A stretch of DNA of 64,000 bases from Candidatus Latescibacterota bacterium (GCA_965207885.1 OZ242311.1:896001-960000); one strand, 5' to 3'. Counted from the first letter of the stretch, positions 1 to 10,583 are shown. Program-made: numbers and translations. Notes: a model not told the origin generated them from the sequence alone.

Positions 1-447
1 GCAGCCGAGCGAGATATACGCCTGGCACATCAATCTCATACCCAGAGTCTTTTTGAGACGGTGACGGGATCGATTGAGACGCTTCAGAGTATTGGCCGAC
101 CGAATTTTGGGATTATTTACGAGCCTGCAAATTTGGCTCTGTGCGGTGAAGACTACGGTCCCGAGACCCTCAAACGCTTTGCACCCTATCTCTTTAACGT
201 CTATTTGCAAAATCACGTTCCAGACCCCAATGGCGATATGCCTATGACGACCTATGTGCGGGGCACGATTTATTCCACTTTGCGACCGCTCGATGAATCT
301 GGTGGGATAGATTTTCGAGAAGTTTTTGATGGGCTACACAGTATCAATTACCGCGGCTACGTGACGCTACATCACGCCTTTGGCGGAGATCTGCCGCCCG
401 ATGAGGCCGCGACCCGGTCTGCGAATTTTCTGAGGTCTTTTTTGTAA
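1..447 (+). CDS. Sugar phosphate isomerase/epimerase (xylose isomerase-like TIM barrel), 5'-partial
   Basis: Frame open from base 1; motifs NFGIIYEPANL and GGIDFREVFDGLHSINYRGYVT typical of the AP-endonuclease-2/TIM family. Confidence 0.7.
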   Translation, partial: AAERDIRLAHQSHTQSLFETVTGSIETLQSIGRPNFGIIYEPANLALCGEDYGPETLKRFAPYLFNVYLQNHVPDPNGDMPMTTYVRGTIYSTLRPLDESGGIDFREVFDGLHSINYRGYVTLHHAFGGDLPPDEAATRSANFLRSFL

Positions 448-2373
448 TCACTGACCGCTTTTCACAAATATCTGTTCGTGAAATATTGGCCGACTCCAGC
501 CCAGAAAGGCGTTGTCGGCCACGTTTTGATATGGGACATTGCCCAGGCGACTGCTGGCTCCCCAGACGTGGTACGCGGAACCGATGGTGATGATGGGGAC
601 GTTTTCCGTGTGGAGGTCGCGCACGCGGGTCATGTACGTGCGGAGTTTTGCAGTATCGACGGTGGTCATGGCCAGGCGGACGTATTGGGTGGCTTCGCGC
701 AGCCAGGGGGGACCTTCGTCCCAGGCTTTTTGATGCCAGTAGGGTACGTTTTTAGCCAGGATAGCCCAGCCAATGGGATAGGTTAAGGGGGCGTTGGGTC
801 CTTCGAGGCCCCAGTAGTGAACGTCGTATTCGCAGTTGTATCGGCGAGGGACGATGATGTCGCGCAGGCCGCCGTTGAGGTTGACTTTGATCCCTATGGC
901 TCGCCAGTGGTCGGCAACCAGTTCGGATACGGGTTGGCCGTTGAACATGCCGCCGGGATGTACGAAGTCGATGGTGAGTTCAAAGCGCGAGCCGTTTCGG
1001 AGTTCGCGGATGCCATCGCCATCGGTGTCGATATAGCCTTCGCTGTCGAGGAGGCGTCTGGCTTTGTCGGGGTTGTATTCGGCGTATTTTTTATAGGCTT
1101 TTGGAGAAAAGTAAGGGCTTATAGGCCCAAAGGAATAGCCCGAGGGGTCGAGGAGGCCGTGGAAGACAATTTCGTCAATTTCTTCGCGGTTTATCGCGTG
1201 TGAGAACGCGATGCGGACGTTTTTGTTGCGGAAAGCTTCTCGCAATGCGGGGTTGGGCGCGTCCCAGTTGAGGTGGTAGGCCGGTCCTCTGTTGGGTCCG
1301 GTGAGTCGGAGATTGAATTTTCCGGTTTTCTCTTTTACTTTGAGGGTGGGGAACATGTCGATGCGGGTATAACGCCCGATCAGGTCGAGTTCGCTGTTGA
1401 TGAATTTTAGCAGAATGACCTGGGGGTCCTGGATGACGTTGAAGATGATGCGGTCGGCATAAGGGAGTTGATTGCCCGCTGTGTCTATTTTCCAGTAGTA
1501 GGGGTTGCGTTCATAGATGATGCGCTGACCCCGGATCCATTCGACGGGGATCCAGGCTGAGATGCGGGGAATGCCGGGCTGCAGGAGCAATTGCGCTCTG
1601 GTCGTGGCTTCTCGAAAGGCGTTGTAATCGGTTTTGGGATTGTATTTGGGGTGCAGGGGCGATAGGACGTGTTTTGGTGCGGCGATTAGAGCGCGGCTCA
1701 GTTCGTGGAGTACGCGACCCAGGGGTTTGGGTGAGGAGATTTCGAGGGTGTGTGTGTCGATTTTTTTGAACCGCATGGGTTTGCCATCTACCATCCATCC
1801 GGCTGGTGGAAAGGGGTTTTGACGGGCGTTGTCGTCAAAGGTCATGTCGTAATACCAGAAGAGGATGTCGTCAACGGTGAATGGGTGGCCGTCGGACCAT
1901 TTGACGCCTTTGCGAATTTTGAAAATTGCGACTTTGCCGCTGTCCTCATAGGTAAAGTGCTCAGCCAGGTTGTATTGGATGCTGTTTGGAAAGGGGCGTT
2001 CGTAGCCCATGAGGTTTTCGTTGAGGGTTTTGTTGGGTCCCGGGGTTTGCACGATGTCGCCGGTGAGGGCGCGTCTCAATGTGCCGCCATAGGTGCCGAT
2101 TTCTTCGATGGGTACGATGACGAGGGGATTTTCGGGCAGTCGTTCAGAGACGGGCGGGAGTTTGTCCTGTTTGACCTGTTGTGAGAACAGGGGGGCTTCG
2201 CTAAAGGTGCGGTTCTTAAGTATGGCGGGGTCGATTTTGAGGGGGGCACGGGTTTGAGGTATGTGTTTTTGAGCGCTGGATGTGGATTGGGTGGGCGTGT
2301 TCTGTCCCGGGTCGGGAGCGAGGCATCCGAGTAAGAGAAGAGATAGGCAGAAGCAGGGTAAATGGTGGTTCAT
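448..2373 (-). CDS. ABC transporter substrate-binding lipoprotein, family 5 (peptide/nickel/oligosaccharide)
   Basis: Lipobox LLLGC; LPPVSERLPENP, IRKGVKWSDGHPFTVDD, ERNPYYWKID, VRIAFSHAINREEI; start placed at ATG 2373. Confidence 0.9.
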   Translation of the reverse strand: MNHHLPCFCLSLLLLGCLAPDPGQNTPTQSTSSAQKHIPQTRAPLKIDPAILKNRTFSEAPLFSQQVKQDKLPPVSERLPENPLVIVPIEEIGTYGGTLRRALTGDIVQTPGPNKTLNENLMGYERPFPNSIQYNLAEHFTYEDSGKVAIFKIRKGVKWSDGHPFTVDDILFWYYDMTFDDNARQNPFPPAGWMVDGKPMRFKKIDTHTLEISSPKPLGRVLHELSRALIAAPKHVLSPLHPKYNPKTDYNAFREATTRAQLLLQPGIPRISAWIPVEWIRGQRIIYERNPYYWKIDTAGNQLPYADRIIFNVIQDPQVILLKFINSELDLIGRYTRIDMFPTLKVKEKTGKFNLRLTGPNRGPAYHLNWDAPNPALREAFRNKNVRIAFSHAINREEIDEIVFHGLLDPSGYSFGPISPYFSPKAYKKYAEYNPDKARRLLDSEGYIDTDGDGIRELRNGSRFELTIDFVHPGGMFNGQPVSELVADHWRAIGIKVNLNGGLRDIIVPRRYNCEYDVHYWGLEGPNAPLTYPIGWAILAKNVPYWHQKAWDEGPPWLREATQYVRLAMTTVDTAKLRTYMTRVRDLHTENVPIITIGSAYHVWGASSRLGNVPYQNVADNAFLGWSRPIFHEQIFVKSGQ

Positions 2374-2395
2374 GTTAAACGCTAAGAGGCTCACT

Positions 2396-3340
2396 ATGGG
2401 TATCCTGAACCGGGGCGAACGCGCTCCCGACTTTGTTCTTCCGATAATGGACGGTTCTCAAACGCGCTTTTATTCCCGCGCAGGCGGTCGCCCGACGCTT
2501 TTGATTTTTACAGGGGAAGAACAGGTTTTGGAAGGTTTGGAGCGTTCGGAAGAGGTAGATGTTTTTGTTGTTGGTCCATTGGAACTCGCGAAGGCGAGTG
2601 TTACAGTATTTATCGACGGTGAAAACGCGGTTGGCAAAGCTTATGGTCTCGAGGGAGATTTTGCCGCGTTTGCGCTGGATGCCAATCTGCGGGTTCTGTT
2701 GGGGATTGAGGATCCGCAGGCTTTTGGTCAGGTTTATCAGGCCCTTGAGAGCCTGCCTTCTCATCGGGCGATTGATGTCGATGTCCAGGCGCCCGTTCTG
2801 CTCATTCCAAATGTTCTGACTCCAGATATCTGCCAGGCGCTTATCAATGTGTGGGCGACACAGGGGAATACAGAGACCGGGGTTGAAAGCTCCCGATCTG
2901 GCATTCGACGCGATGTTATTGACTACGAGAACAAAAAGCGGCGAGATCACGAGGTTACCGATGCCCGCCTTTTGCGTTTGCTTACTTCTACGGTGGGGCG
3001 GCGGGTTATGCCCGAGGTACAACGCGCTTTCCACTACCGGGCGACGCGTTTTGAGGGTTTCAAAATAGCGTGTTATGACTCGGAGAGTAGGGGTTTTTTT
3101 CGCGCCCATCGCGATAATCTCAGTCCTTCAACTGCCCACCGTCGCTTTGCGCTTACGCTCAATCTCAATGACGATTATACAGGCGGTCATCTGATTTTTC
3201 CCGAGTTTGGTCCCCACCGCTATCGCCCGTCAGCAGGTGATGCGATCGCGTTTTCCAGTTCTTTTCTCCACGAGGTCCAGCCCGTGACCCGGGGACGTCG
3301 TTTTACGTTGCTTTCGTTTTTGTTTCATGAGGAGCAATAA
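2396..3340 (+). CDS. Fe(II)/2OG oxygenase with N-terminal redoxin (AhpC/TSA)-like domain
   Basis: N-term GERAPDFVLP; C-term HRD, HEVQPV and R of GRRFTL; ATG 2396 preceded by AAGAGG. Confidence 0.85.
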   Translation: MGILNRGERAPDFVLPIMDGSQTRFYSRAGGRPTLLIFTGEEQVLEGLERSEEVDVFVVGPLELAKASVTVFIDGENAVGKAYGLEGDFAAFALDANLRVLLGIEDPQAFGQVYQALESLPSHRAIDVDVQAPVLLIPNVLTPDICQALINVWATQGNTETGVESSRSGIRRDVIDYENKKRRDHEVTDARLLRLLTSTVGRRVMPEVQRAFHYRATRFEGFKIACYDSESRGFFRAHRDNLSPSTAHRRFALTLNLNDDYTGGHLIFPEFGPHRYRPSAGDAIAFSSSFLHEVQPVTRGRRFTLLSFLFHEEQ

Positions 3341-3344
3341 TCCG

Positions 3345-4394
3345 TTATACCATGTCCCAATCCGTGCGGTGGCCTTCTTCGAGAAAGGCGGCCAGTAGTT
3401 GGATGGTGGCTTCGATGTCGTCTTTGTCGGCCAATTCGATGGATGTATGGACGTAGCGCGTGGGGATGGAGAGGGTGATTACGGGCACTCCGGCTCGAAT
3501 CCGCTGTATTCCGCCTGCGTCTGTGCCGCCCCGAGGCAGTATTTCCATCTGGTATTTGATGTCGCGCTCTTTTGCGAGGGTTTTCATGTGTGCGACCAGT
3601 CCTGGATGGGAGATTGAACTTGAGTCCTGGATTTTTATCGCTGCGCCATCTCCCAGGCGCGTGACCTGTTCGTGCTCGGGGATACCTGGTATGTCGGCAG
3701 CCAGTGTGATGTCCAGTGCTACGCCCACGTCTGGGTTTACGCCAAAGGCACTCGCGGTTGCACCCCGCAGGCCAATTTCTTCCTGTACTGTGGCTACGGG
3801 ATATGTTTCAAAGGCGAAGGATTCGGCCCGTTTTACGGCTTCGATCATGACATATACGGCGATCCGATTGTCCATGGCTTTACAACTTACGCCATTGCCA
3901 ATTTCGGCAAAGTCGCGTTGCAGTGTTACCATTGCGCCGATTTCGATTTCTTCTTTCACGTCGTCGGCTGACATGTAGAGATCTACGACAAAGTCACTGA
4001 CGTCCAGTTTTTTGTTGCGGTCAGCTTCTGTCTGGATATGCGGGGGTTTTACTCCGGGGTAGAGCAGACCTGTGTGGTCTTTTTCGGTGCCGGCGACGGT
4101 GACGCGCTGTGCGACCATGTTGCGAGGGTCATGTCCACCCAGAGGTACGAGGCGCAAGAGGCCCTGTTTGTCAATGTGGGATACGACAAAGCCTATTTCG
4201 TCCATGTGCGCGGCCAGCATTAGTTTTTTTGGGTTTTCGCCCGCGCTTGCGTTCTTTTTGATGATTAAGTTGCCCATCCCATCTACGCGGAGTTCATCTG
4301 CGATGGGTTCCAGTTCTCGCCGCACGATTTCGCGCAACCGCTCTTCGCGCCCAGGTACTCCCGAACATTCACACAATTCTTTTAAGAGTTCCAT
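3345..4394 (-). CDS. M42 family metallopeptidase (TET/FrvX-like)
   Basis: AAHMDEIG, KAMDNR, VQEEIGLRGA, GGTDAG, RYVH; GGAGG RBS before ATG 4394. Confidence 0.93.
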   Translation of the reverse strand: MELLKELCECSGVPGREERLREIVRRELEPIADELRVDGMGNLIIKKNASAGENPKKLMLAAHMDEIGFVVSHIDKQGLLRLVPLGGHDPRNMVAQRVTVAGTEKDHTGLLYPGVKPPHIQTEADRNKKLDVSDFVVDLYMSADDVKEEIEIGAMVTLQRDFAEIGNGVSCKAMDNRIAVYVMIEAVKRAESFAFETYPVATVQEEIGLRGATASAFGVNPDVGVALDITLAADIPGIPEHEQVTRLGDGAAIKIQDSSSISHPGLVAHMKTLAKERDIKYQMEILPRGGTDAGGIQRIRAGVPVITLSIPTRYVHTSIELADKDDIEATIQLLAAFLEEGHRTDWDMV

Positions 4395-4601
4395 ACAGAC
4401 CTCCGAAAATTGAGACGTCATTGATCAGGTTATAAATAGCAGGTTCAGGAATATAGCAGGTTAATATGGTCTGGCAAAGGGGCTTTTCACACTGGTCCCA
4501 GACAGCGGTGCTCCTGCTGCCCGATTTTTCTTGCATTTTTTTATCCCTATCGACTAATTTTTGAGCCTGATCACAATTCTATACCACGTAAGGAGGACGA
4601 G

Positions 4602-5045
4602 ATGGCCAAGGCCAGTGTTTTTGTCAGTTCAGTGCTCGACGCTTCAGTAGATGCTGTGTGGGAAAAGATTCGCGATTTTAATGCGTTGCCCGAATGGCAT
4701 CCCGCGATTGCAGATAGCCATATTGAAGGTGGTGAATCCAGCGATAGCGTGGGCTGTATTCGCAATTTTAATTTGCATGATGGCGGTAATATTCGCGAAC
4801 AATTGCTGACGTTGAGCGATGTTACTTTTACGTGTACGTATTCTATTCTCGAGTCGCCTATGTCGGTTGAAGACTATGTGGCAACGCTGAGTTTGACGCC
4901 TGTTACGGATGGCAATCGAACGTATATTCAGTGGACTGCAGAATTTGGCTGTCCAGCAGATGAAGAAGAGGAACTGGTCGATTTTATCGGCAATGGCGTT
5001 TTTCAAGGCGGTTTTGATTCGCTCAAGGGTATTCTCGCGGGATAG
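4602..5045 (+). CDS. SRPBCC/polyketide cyclase-dehydrase family protein
   Basis: VWEKIRDFNALPEWHP, VGCIR, IREQLL; AAGGAGG RBS. Confidence 0.88.
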   Translation: MAKASVFVSSVLDASVDAVWEKIRDFNALPEWHPAIADSHIEGGESSDSVGCIRNFNLHDGGNIREQLLTLSDVTFTCTYSILESPMSVEDYVATLSLTPVTDGNRTYIQWTAEFGCPADEEEELVDFIGNGVFQGGFDSLKGILAG

Positions 5046-5047
5046 AT

Positions 5048-5836
5048 TTACATAGATCCTTTGAGGGCCATCATATCTACGGGGTCGGGGCTTTCGAATA
5101 CCGAGGCGGGTAATGTATCAAAGACGGCAATATCCGTATGCTTGCGTTCGCCTCTGCGCGTTGATCCGCGTCCGTCGGGGAGCAGAATGTTGCCGTGTTT
5201 TGTCCAGTTTGTCCACGGGCTGCGGAATCGCGGTTCTGCGTTCGATGCGTTGCGATAAAATGCCCATTCTGTGACCAGGTTGTGTTCTTTATCTATCCAT
5301 ACGTCGTATTTGTTTTGCGGCGTGACGCCGGTGTTTTGAAAGGTGAGGGTCAATTTGTGCGCGGGTCGGTCGTTCAGGGTTTTGTCTTCGCCGCTGTATT
5401 TTAAGGTGACGCCCGTGTCTTTCAATTTATAGGGCATGACGAGCCAGTAAGAGTCGTTGATCCACCGCCTGTAACCCTGATTCATGTATTTTTTTACTGA
5501 GTCGGGGTTTGTTTGCTCTGTTCCGCCGAACCACACGCGGCCTTTTTTGGTGTTTATGTTCGTCAAGATGAGCATGTCCCCGTCTTCATGCCGCAGGTTG
5601 CCCGTCCATTTGTCCCATACGTGCATGCGCCGTCCAAAGAAACGCCATGTGATGTATCGGGTCTGATTCCAATTTTCCCATCCGCCCATTTTTTCCATGA
5701 CTGCATCGGCAATTTCAATTGCTTTTGCATCTGATTCTGACTGGTTGAATCCTTCGGCTGGGGGATTGGTTTCCGCCATGGCTTTTGAGGCGGGCAGGGT
5801 CAACAATAACGCGAGAATCGTCAGTCGAGTAATCAT
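5048..5836 (-). CDS. Secreted hypothetical protein
   Basis: Signal peptide MITRLTILALLLTLPASKAMA; Trp-rich body (WINDSYWLVMPYKLKD); AAGGAGA RBS. Confidence 0.7.
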   Translation of the reverse strand: MITRLTILALLLTLPASKAMAETNPPAEGFNQSESDAKAIEIADAVMEKMGGWENWNQTRYITWRFFGRRMHVWDKWTGNLRHEDGDMLILTNINTKKGRVWFGGTEQTNPDSVKKYMNQGYRRWINDSYWLVMPYKLKDTGVTLKYSGEDKTLNDRPAHKLTLTFQNTGVTPQNKYDVWIDKEHNLVTEWAFYRNASNAEPRFRSPWTNWTKHGNILLPDGRGSTRRGERKHTDIAVFDTLPASVFESPDPVDMMALKGSM

Positions 5837-5971
5837 ATATTCTCCTTGTACAATAGGTGTGGCGATTATTTCCGCTTGCTTGCGATTTGGATTACGTTCT
5901 ATATTGCGAACCCGTAATGTACGCAACGAGGTACGATTGCGCCAGTAGTTAAACGAAAGGATACAAAAAAT

Positions 5972-7429
5972 ATGGCAGATTCGTCAAAGCGCCCCAATAT
6001 TGTTGTTATGTACGCGGATGATCTCGGTTTTGGAGATGTGAGTTGTTACGGTGCCACGGCACTCGATACGCCCAATATTGATCGTTTGGCTTCTGAGGGT
6101 GTGATATTTTATCAGGGGTATGCTACGGCGGCGACGTGTACGCCTTCGCGCTATAGTCTGCTTACGGGTTCTTATTCCTGGCGCAATGAACGCGCGCATA
6201 TTTTGCCCGGCGATGCGCCGCTTATTATAGATCCAGGCACTGCTACGTTGCCTGCTGTTCTCAAGGAGGCGGGTTATACAACGGGTGTTGTTGGGAAATG
6301 GCATCTGGGTATTGGCGAGGGGAATCAGAATTGGAATGAGCCGCTTCCGCTGACGCCTCTGGATATTGGTTTTGACTATTCTTATATCATGGCTGCGACC
6401 AATGATCGCGTGCCGTGTGTGTATCTGGATGGCAGAGATGTGGTGGGTCTCGATCCGTCTGACCCGATTGAGGTGGAGTACGATAAGAATAAGCCGTTTC
6501 CAGATTTGCCGACCGGGAAAGACAATCCCGAGTTGCTGAAAATGATGTTCCACCACGGGCACGATATGAGTATTGTCAATGGCGTGAGCCGGATCGGGTA
6601 TATGAGAGGGGGCGAGGCAGCACTTTGGGTGGATGAAGATATGGCGGATGTGTTTTTGGATAAGGCTGTTTCATTTGTGGAGACGAATAAGGATAATCCC
6701 TTTTTTCTGTATTACGCTTTTCACCAGCCCCATGTTCCGCGGTTGCCGCATCCCAGATTTGTGGGGAGTACTGGATTGGGTCCGCGCGGCGATGCGATTG
6801 CCGAGATGGATTGGTGTGTTGGCGAGATGCTCGATGCGCTCGATCTGTGTGGTTTAAAAGAAGATACGATTGTGGTTTTTTCGAGTGATAACGGTCCGGT
6901 GTTGAATGATGGTTATTACGACGAGGCGGTTGAGTTGTGCGGCGATCATAGGCCAGCAGGTCCGTTGCGCGGGGGAAAATACAGTATGTACGATGGGGGT
7001 ACTCGCGTGCCTTTTATTGTTTCCTGGCCCGGTAATGTGGAGACCGGGGAGTCTGATGCGCTGGTCAGTCAGGTCGATTTTCTCGCGTCTTTTGCTGCGC
7101 TTGCGGGTGTGTCGCTGGATGCGGATGCGGGTCCCGATAGTGTGGATGTTCTCGATGCCCTGCTGGGGCAAAGCGATGAGGGCCGCGCGGAGATTGTTCT
7201 GGAGGGAATTCAGGCAAAGACTATTTTGCGGCAGGGGGATTGGGTGTTTATTCCGCCTCATCAGGGTCCGCCTGTGAATACCAATGTGAATATTGAGACT
7301 GGTAATAGTCCTGTTCCGCAACTTTACTATCTTGCGGACGATATCGGGCAGATTGAAAATGTGGCGTCGGTCTATCCCGATGTTGCCGAGCGGATGGCGG
7401 ATCGATTGCGAGAGATCAGATCAGGATAA
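5972..7429 (+). CDS. Arylsulfatase (Cys-type sulfatase)
   Basis: PNIVVMYADDLG, CTPSR signature, GKWHLG, SSDNGP. Confidence 0.93.
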   Translation: MADSSKRPNIVVMYADDLGFGDVSCYGATALDTPNIDRLASEGVIFYQGYATAATCTPSRYSLLTGSYSWRNERAHILPGDAPLIIDPGTATLPAVLKEAGYTTGVVGKWHLGIGEGNQNWNEPLPLTPLDIGFDYSYIMAATNDRVPCVYLDGRDVVGLDPSDPIEVEYDKNKPFPDLPTGKDNPELLKMMFHHGHDMSIVNGVSRIGYMRGGEAALWVDEDMADVFLDKAVSFVETNKDNPFFLYYAFHQPHVPRLPHPRFVGSTGLGPRGDAIAEMDWCVGEMLDALDLCGLKEDTIVVFSSDNGPVLNDGYYDEAVELCGDHRPAGPLRGGKYSMYDGGTRVPFIVSWPGNVETGESDALVSQVDFLASFAALAGVSLDADAGPDSVDVLDALLGQSDEGRAEIVLEGIQAKTILRQGDWVFIPPHQGPPVNTNVNIETGNSPVPQLYYLADDIGQIENVASVYPDVAERMADRLREIRSG

Positions 7430-7435
7430 TCAGAG

Positions 7436-7463
7436 CCTGCACTGGAACGCCTCTATCCAGTGA
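7436..7463 (+). repeat. 28-nt mini-hairpin CCTG-CACTGG-AACGCCTCTAT-CCAGTG-A
   Basis: Same architecture and related loop as the 33803-33830 element, with a different but complementary stem. Confidence 0.6.
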
Positions 7464-7533
7464 TTAAAGGATGAGCAGGATGGTGATTGCGGAAAAAAGG
7501 CTGTCTATATCAATCAACTCTATCAAAAGAGCC

Positions 7534-7576
7534 GTCATCGCGGTATGGTTTTGAGCCGCGATCCAGAAGGTTTTTG
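7534..7576 (+). repeat. REP-like palindrome GTCATCGCGG-loop-CCGCGATCCAG (copy 1)
   Basis: Intergenic; near-identical copies at 12178, 23868 (minus), 32381, 33840. Confidence 0.9.
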
Positions 7577-7602
7577 TCATTACAGTCATTCGAAAGCGAA
7601 AT

Positions 7603-8382
7603 ATGAATAATTTGCGTAATGAATACGATCAAAATGGCTATGTTATCGCGCGTAAGGCGATTGATGCGGGTCTTGCAGAGGAGACGGTGCAACACGTCCA
7701 CTGGCTTATCGAGCGGAATCCCGGTGTGCGTCCAGAGCGTTTGCATCACCATTTGCTCGCCCGCGATCCTTTTATGCACCGGCTCGTGGGTGATGAGCGT
7801 CTGGTAGATATTGCGGAGCAATTTCTCGGTCCCGATGTCGCGATGTTTGCCGCGCATTATATCGCCAAGCCCCCGGGTGATGGTCAGGCTGTGCAGTGGC
7901 ATCAAGATGGGTCTTACTGGCCCCTTGAGCCGATGGAAGTGACGACTTTGTGGGTTGCGGGGACGCCTTCGACGGTTGAGAATGGCTGTATGCGGGTGTT
8001 GCCGAGGACGCATAACAAGCATTTGCTCAAGCGCCGCGATCTCATTGCTCTGGATCAAAAAAAATACGTGCTCGGCGTGGGGATTCATCCCGATCAGATT
8101 GACGATTCCGATGCGGTTGACCTGGAGCTCAACGCGGGCGATGTTTCGATCCACAATCCGAATATTATCCACGGTTCCAATGCCAATACTTCGGATCAGT
8201 GGCGCGTTGGGCTTACGTTGCGGTATATTCCGACGAGTACATGGGTGAATAGAGAAGATCACGAGAATATTCTCGTGCGCGGCAAAGCTTCTCCGGATGT
8301 TGCGAATGTGTATGCGGGGCGCCCGCGATATGTTCCGGGTGAGACTATGCCGTTTAAGGGCTGTGAGGAATGGAAGCAATAG
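7603..8382 (+). CDS. Phytanoyl-CoA dioxygenase (PhyH) family protein
   Basis: WHQD, ENGCMRVLP, IIHGS, conserved Arg. Confidence 0.9.
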   Translation: MNNLRNEYDQNGYVIARKAIDAGLAEETVQHVHWLIERNPGVRPERLHHHLLARDPFMHRLVGDERLVDIAEQFLGPDVAMFAAHYIAKPPGDGQAVQWHQDGSYWPLEPMEVTTLWVAGTPSTVENGCMRVLPRTHNKHLLKRRDLIALDQKKYVLGVGIHPDQIDDSDAVDLELNAGDVSIHNPNIIHGSNANTSDQWRVGLTLRYIPTSTWVNREDHENILVRGKASPDVANVYAGRPRYVPGETMPFKGCEEWKQ

Positions 8383-8391
8383 GAGATAATC

Positions 8392-9240
8392 ATGGGCGGT
8401 TTGACTGGTGAGCAGGTTGCTTTTTACAAGGATGAAGGGTATTTGTTGATAGATGAATGTTTGCCCCCAGGGGCGTATCAGCCGCTTGTGGATGAGTTTG
8501 ATGCGGTGATTGGACAGAAGGCGAGAGAGGCTTTTGCCCTGGGTCAATTGGCGTGTCTTTTTGAAGATGCGCCTTTTGAGCGTCGATTGGCGCATTTGTG
8601 CGAGGCTTTGGGGACGGATAAGCGTTTTGCAGGTGATATTTTGGGCAAGGTTCACAAGACTGCGGGTTTGTTTTTTTTGCTGACACATCCGGCTATTCTG
8701 GATGTGGTGGAGTCGATTATTGGGCCGGAAATTCTGGTGCATCCGCAGTTTAATATTCGCGCAAAGATGCCCGGTGAGGAAGAGGTGTTGTGGCACCAGG
8801 ATATCGCGTTTCTGGATCCGGAGGTGGAGGGGACGTTTATGGTCAATTTCTGGGTGCCACTGGTGGATACGGATGTGGAGAATGGCTGTCTGGAGATTTT
8901 GGCGGGGAGTCATAAGCACGGTATTATTCCACACGATCCGGCGGATTCGGAGAAGGAGATTCCCGAGGATCGGCTGCCGCCGGGCGATCGCGTTTTGTCC
9001 GTGCTGCCAGCCGGGGGTGCCGCGTTGATTCAGCACAAGACAATACATCGCTCGTTTCCCAATGCGTCCGATCACATTCGCTGGAGTCTGGATATTCGAT
9101 ATAGCGATTACAGGTTGCCGACCGGGCGCGAGGATGTGCCCGGCTTTGTTGCGAGAAGTGAGATAGACCCGGATCGGGTGGCAAGCGGTCATGAGGATTG
9201 GCTGCGGTTGATGGAGGAGGCTGGTCATCTAATTTCTTAA
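8392..9240 (+). CDS. PhyH family Fe(II)/2OG dioxygenase
   Basis: FYKDEGYL, WHQD, NGCLEILAGSH, TIHRS, IRWSLDIRY. Confidence 0.9.
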   Translation: MGGLTGEQVAFYKDEGYLLIDECLPPGAYQPLVDEFDAVIGQKAREAFALGQLACLFEDAPFERRLAHLCEALGTDKRFAGDILGKVHKTAGLFFLLTHPAILDVVESIIGPEILVHPQFNIRAKMPGEEEVLWHQDIAFLDPEVEGTFMVNFWVPLVDTDVENGCLEILAGSHKHGIIPHDPADSEKEIPEDRLPPGDRVLSVLPAGGAALIQHKTIHRSFPNASDHIRWSLDIRYSDYRLPTGREDVPGFVARSEIDPDRVASGHEDWLRLMEEAGHLIS

Positions 9241-9256
9241 TTGTGAAAGATATGCT

Positions 9257-10582
9257 ATGGGATGGATACGTTGTATCGCGGTGCTGCTCATCTGGTCGCA
9301 TGCGGGTGGCATAGGAGCGCAGGATTTGCCTTTGACGAGTACGGGCAACCTGCGTTTTTTTGTCGATTTGTCGGCTTTTCGAGGTCCTGAGGGATATACG
9401 CGTCAGGAGGTGGCACTGTTGCTGGATGCGAGTCAGCTTCAACTGAGGGAACAGGCGGGTGAGTCCGTTGGGAAGATTTCTCTGGTTGCTGTGGTGCTGG
9501 ATACGCTGGATAATCGGGTGGCGCATCGGACATGGGTTCAGCAGGTTGCTGTTCCGGAGCTGGATGTGGGGATTGGGGCACCGTTTAAGGATGCTGTTTT
9601 CTTTGATTTGAAGCCGGGTGCTTATCGGCTGATTGTGCAGATTAAGGATATCCACGCGGAGGAGAGTGGGCGTTGTACTGTGCCGCTTCAGATACCGGAT
9701 TACGAGCGTCGTGCGGGGCTGGTGTTTAGCGATTTGCAATTGGCTTCTCATGTGGCGCGAAGCGGGGAAGTCCATCGGTTTGTCAAGCAGGGCTGGAAGG
9801 TCGTGCCGAATATTACCCGAAATTATGTTATCGGAGAGCCGCTGCAGATTTATTTTGAGGTGTATAATCTGTCGTCGTCGGGCGAGAGTTTTATTATGGG
9901 GTACCGTCTGATTGATGCGGAGGGGATGGTTGTGCGTACTTATCCGGCAAAGCGGTTCTTAAAGCCTGGGGAGAGTTGTGTGAGGGCAGAGGTTCTGGAT
10001 ACAGAGGGTTTGCGGGAGGGGACTTATGATCTTCAGGTGGAGGCGTTTGATGGGAGTAGTCGGCAGTATTTTCAGACGAGACGGCCCATTTTTCTGATTT
10101 CAAAAGATTTGCCCGAGGGGCTTACTCAGGTACAGAGGGATTTGATCGGGTATTATGCAGATATCCGGTATATCGCCGATGAGAAGACGCGGCGGACTTA
10201 TGACGCGCTGGAGAGCTGGCCCGCCAGGCTGGCGTTTTTGAAGGTGTTTTGGAAGCAGTTGGACGATGTGCTGGATACGCCGACTAATGAGCGTCTGTTG
10301 CAGCATTTGATGCGTATGCATTATGTAGAGACGCATTTTGGGGCTGGCGTAAGGGGATCGGATACGGACCGGGGACGGGTTTATATTCAGTATGGGCCGC
10401 CCGATGATATTGATTACCGGACTTCTGCGGCGGGTCAGAAACCGTCTGAGGTCTGGTTTTACGAGACCGCGCGGCGCTACGAATTTGTGTTTAGAGATCG
10501 TCGAGGTACGGGGGTTTACGAGTTGGTTCATTCCTCTTATCCGGGGGAGATGTCCAATCCGTACTGGTGGCGGGAGTTTTAG
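9257..10582 (+). CDS. GWxTD domain-containing secreted protein (motif reads GSDTD)
   Basis: Signal peptide; FWKQLD..TPTNE, GSDTDRGRVYIQYGPPD, EVWFY. Confidence 0.85.
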   Translation: MGWIRCIAVLLIWSHAGGIGAQDLPLTSTGNLRFFVDLSAFRGPEGYTRQEVALLLDASQLQLREQAGESVGKISLVAVVLDTLDNRVAHRTWVQQVAVPELDVGIGAPFKDAVFFDLKPGAYRLIVQIKDIHAEESGRCTVPLQIPDYERRAGLVFSDLQLASHVARSGEVHRFVKQGWKVVPNITRNYVIGEPLQIYFEVYNLSSSGESFIMGYRLIDAEGMVVRTYPAKRFLKPGESCVRAEVLDTEGLREGTYDLQVEAFDGSSRQYFQTRRPIFLISKDLPEGLTQVQRDLIGYYADIRYIADEKTRRTYDALESWPARLAFLKVFWKQLDDVLDTPTNERLLQHLMRMHYVETHFGAGVRGSDTDRGRVYIQYGPPDDIDYRTSAAGQKPSEVWFYETARRYEFVFRDRRGTGVYELVHSSYPGEMSNPYWWREF

Positions 10583-10583
10583 T

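Noticed and set aside
7510-9228. 572-aa antisense ORF (similarly 26634-28289 and 28310-30385)
   Set aside because: Shadow ORFs opposite well-supported genes; no recognisable motifs; explained by avoidance of TTA/CTA/TCA codons on the coding strand
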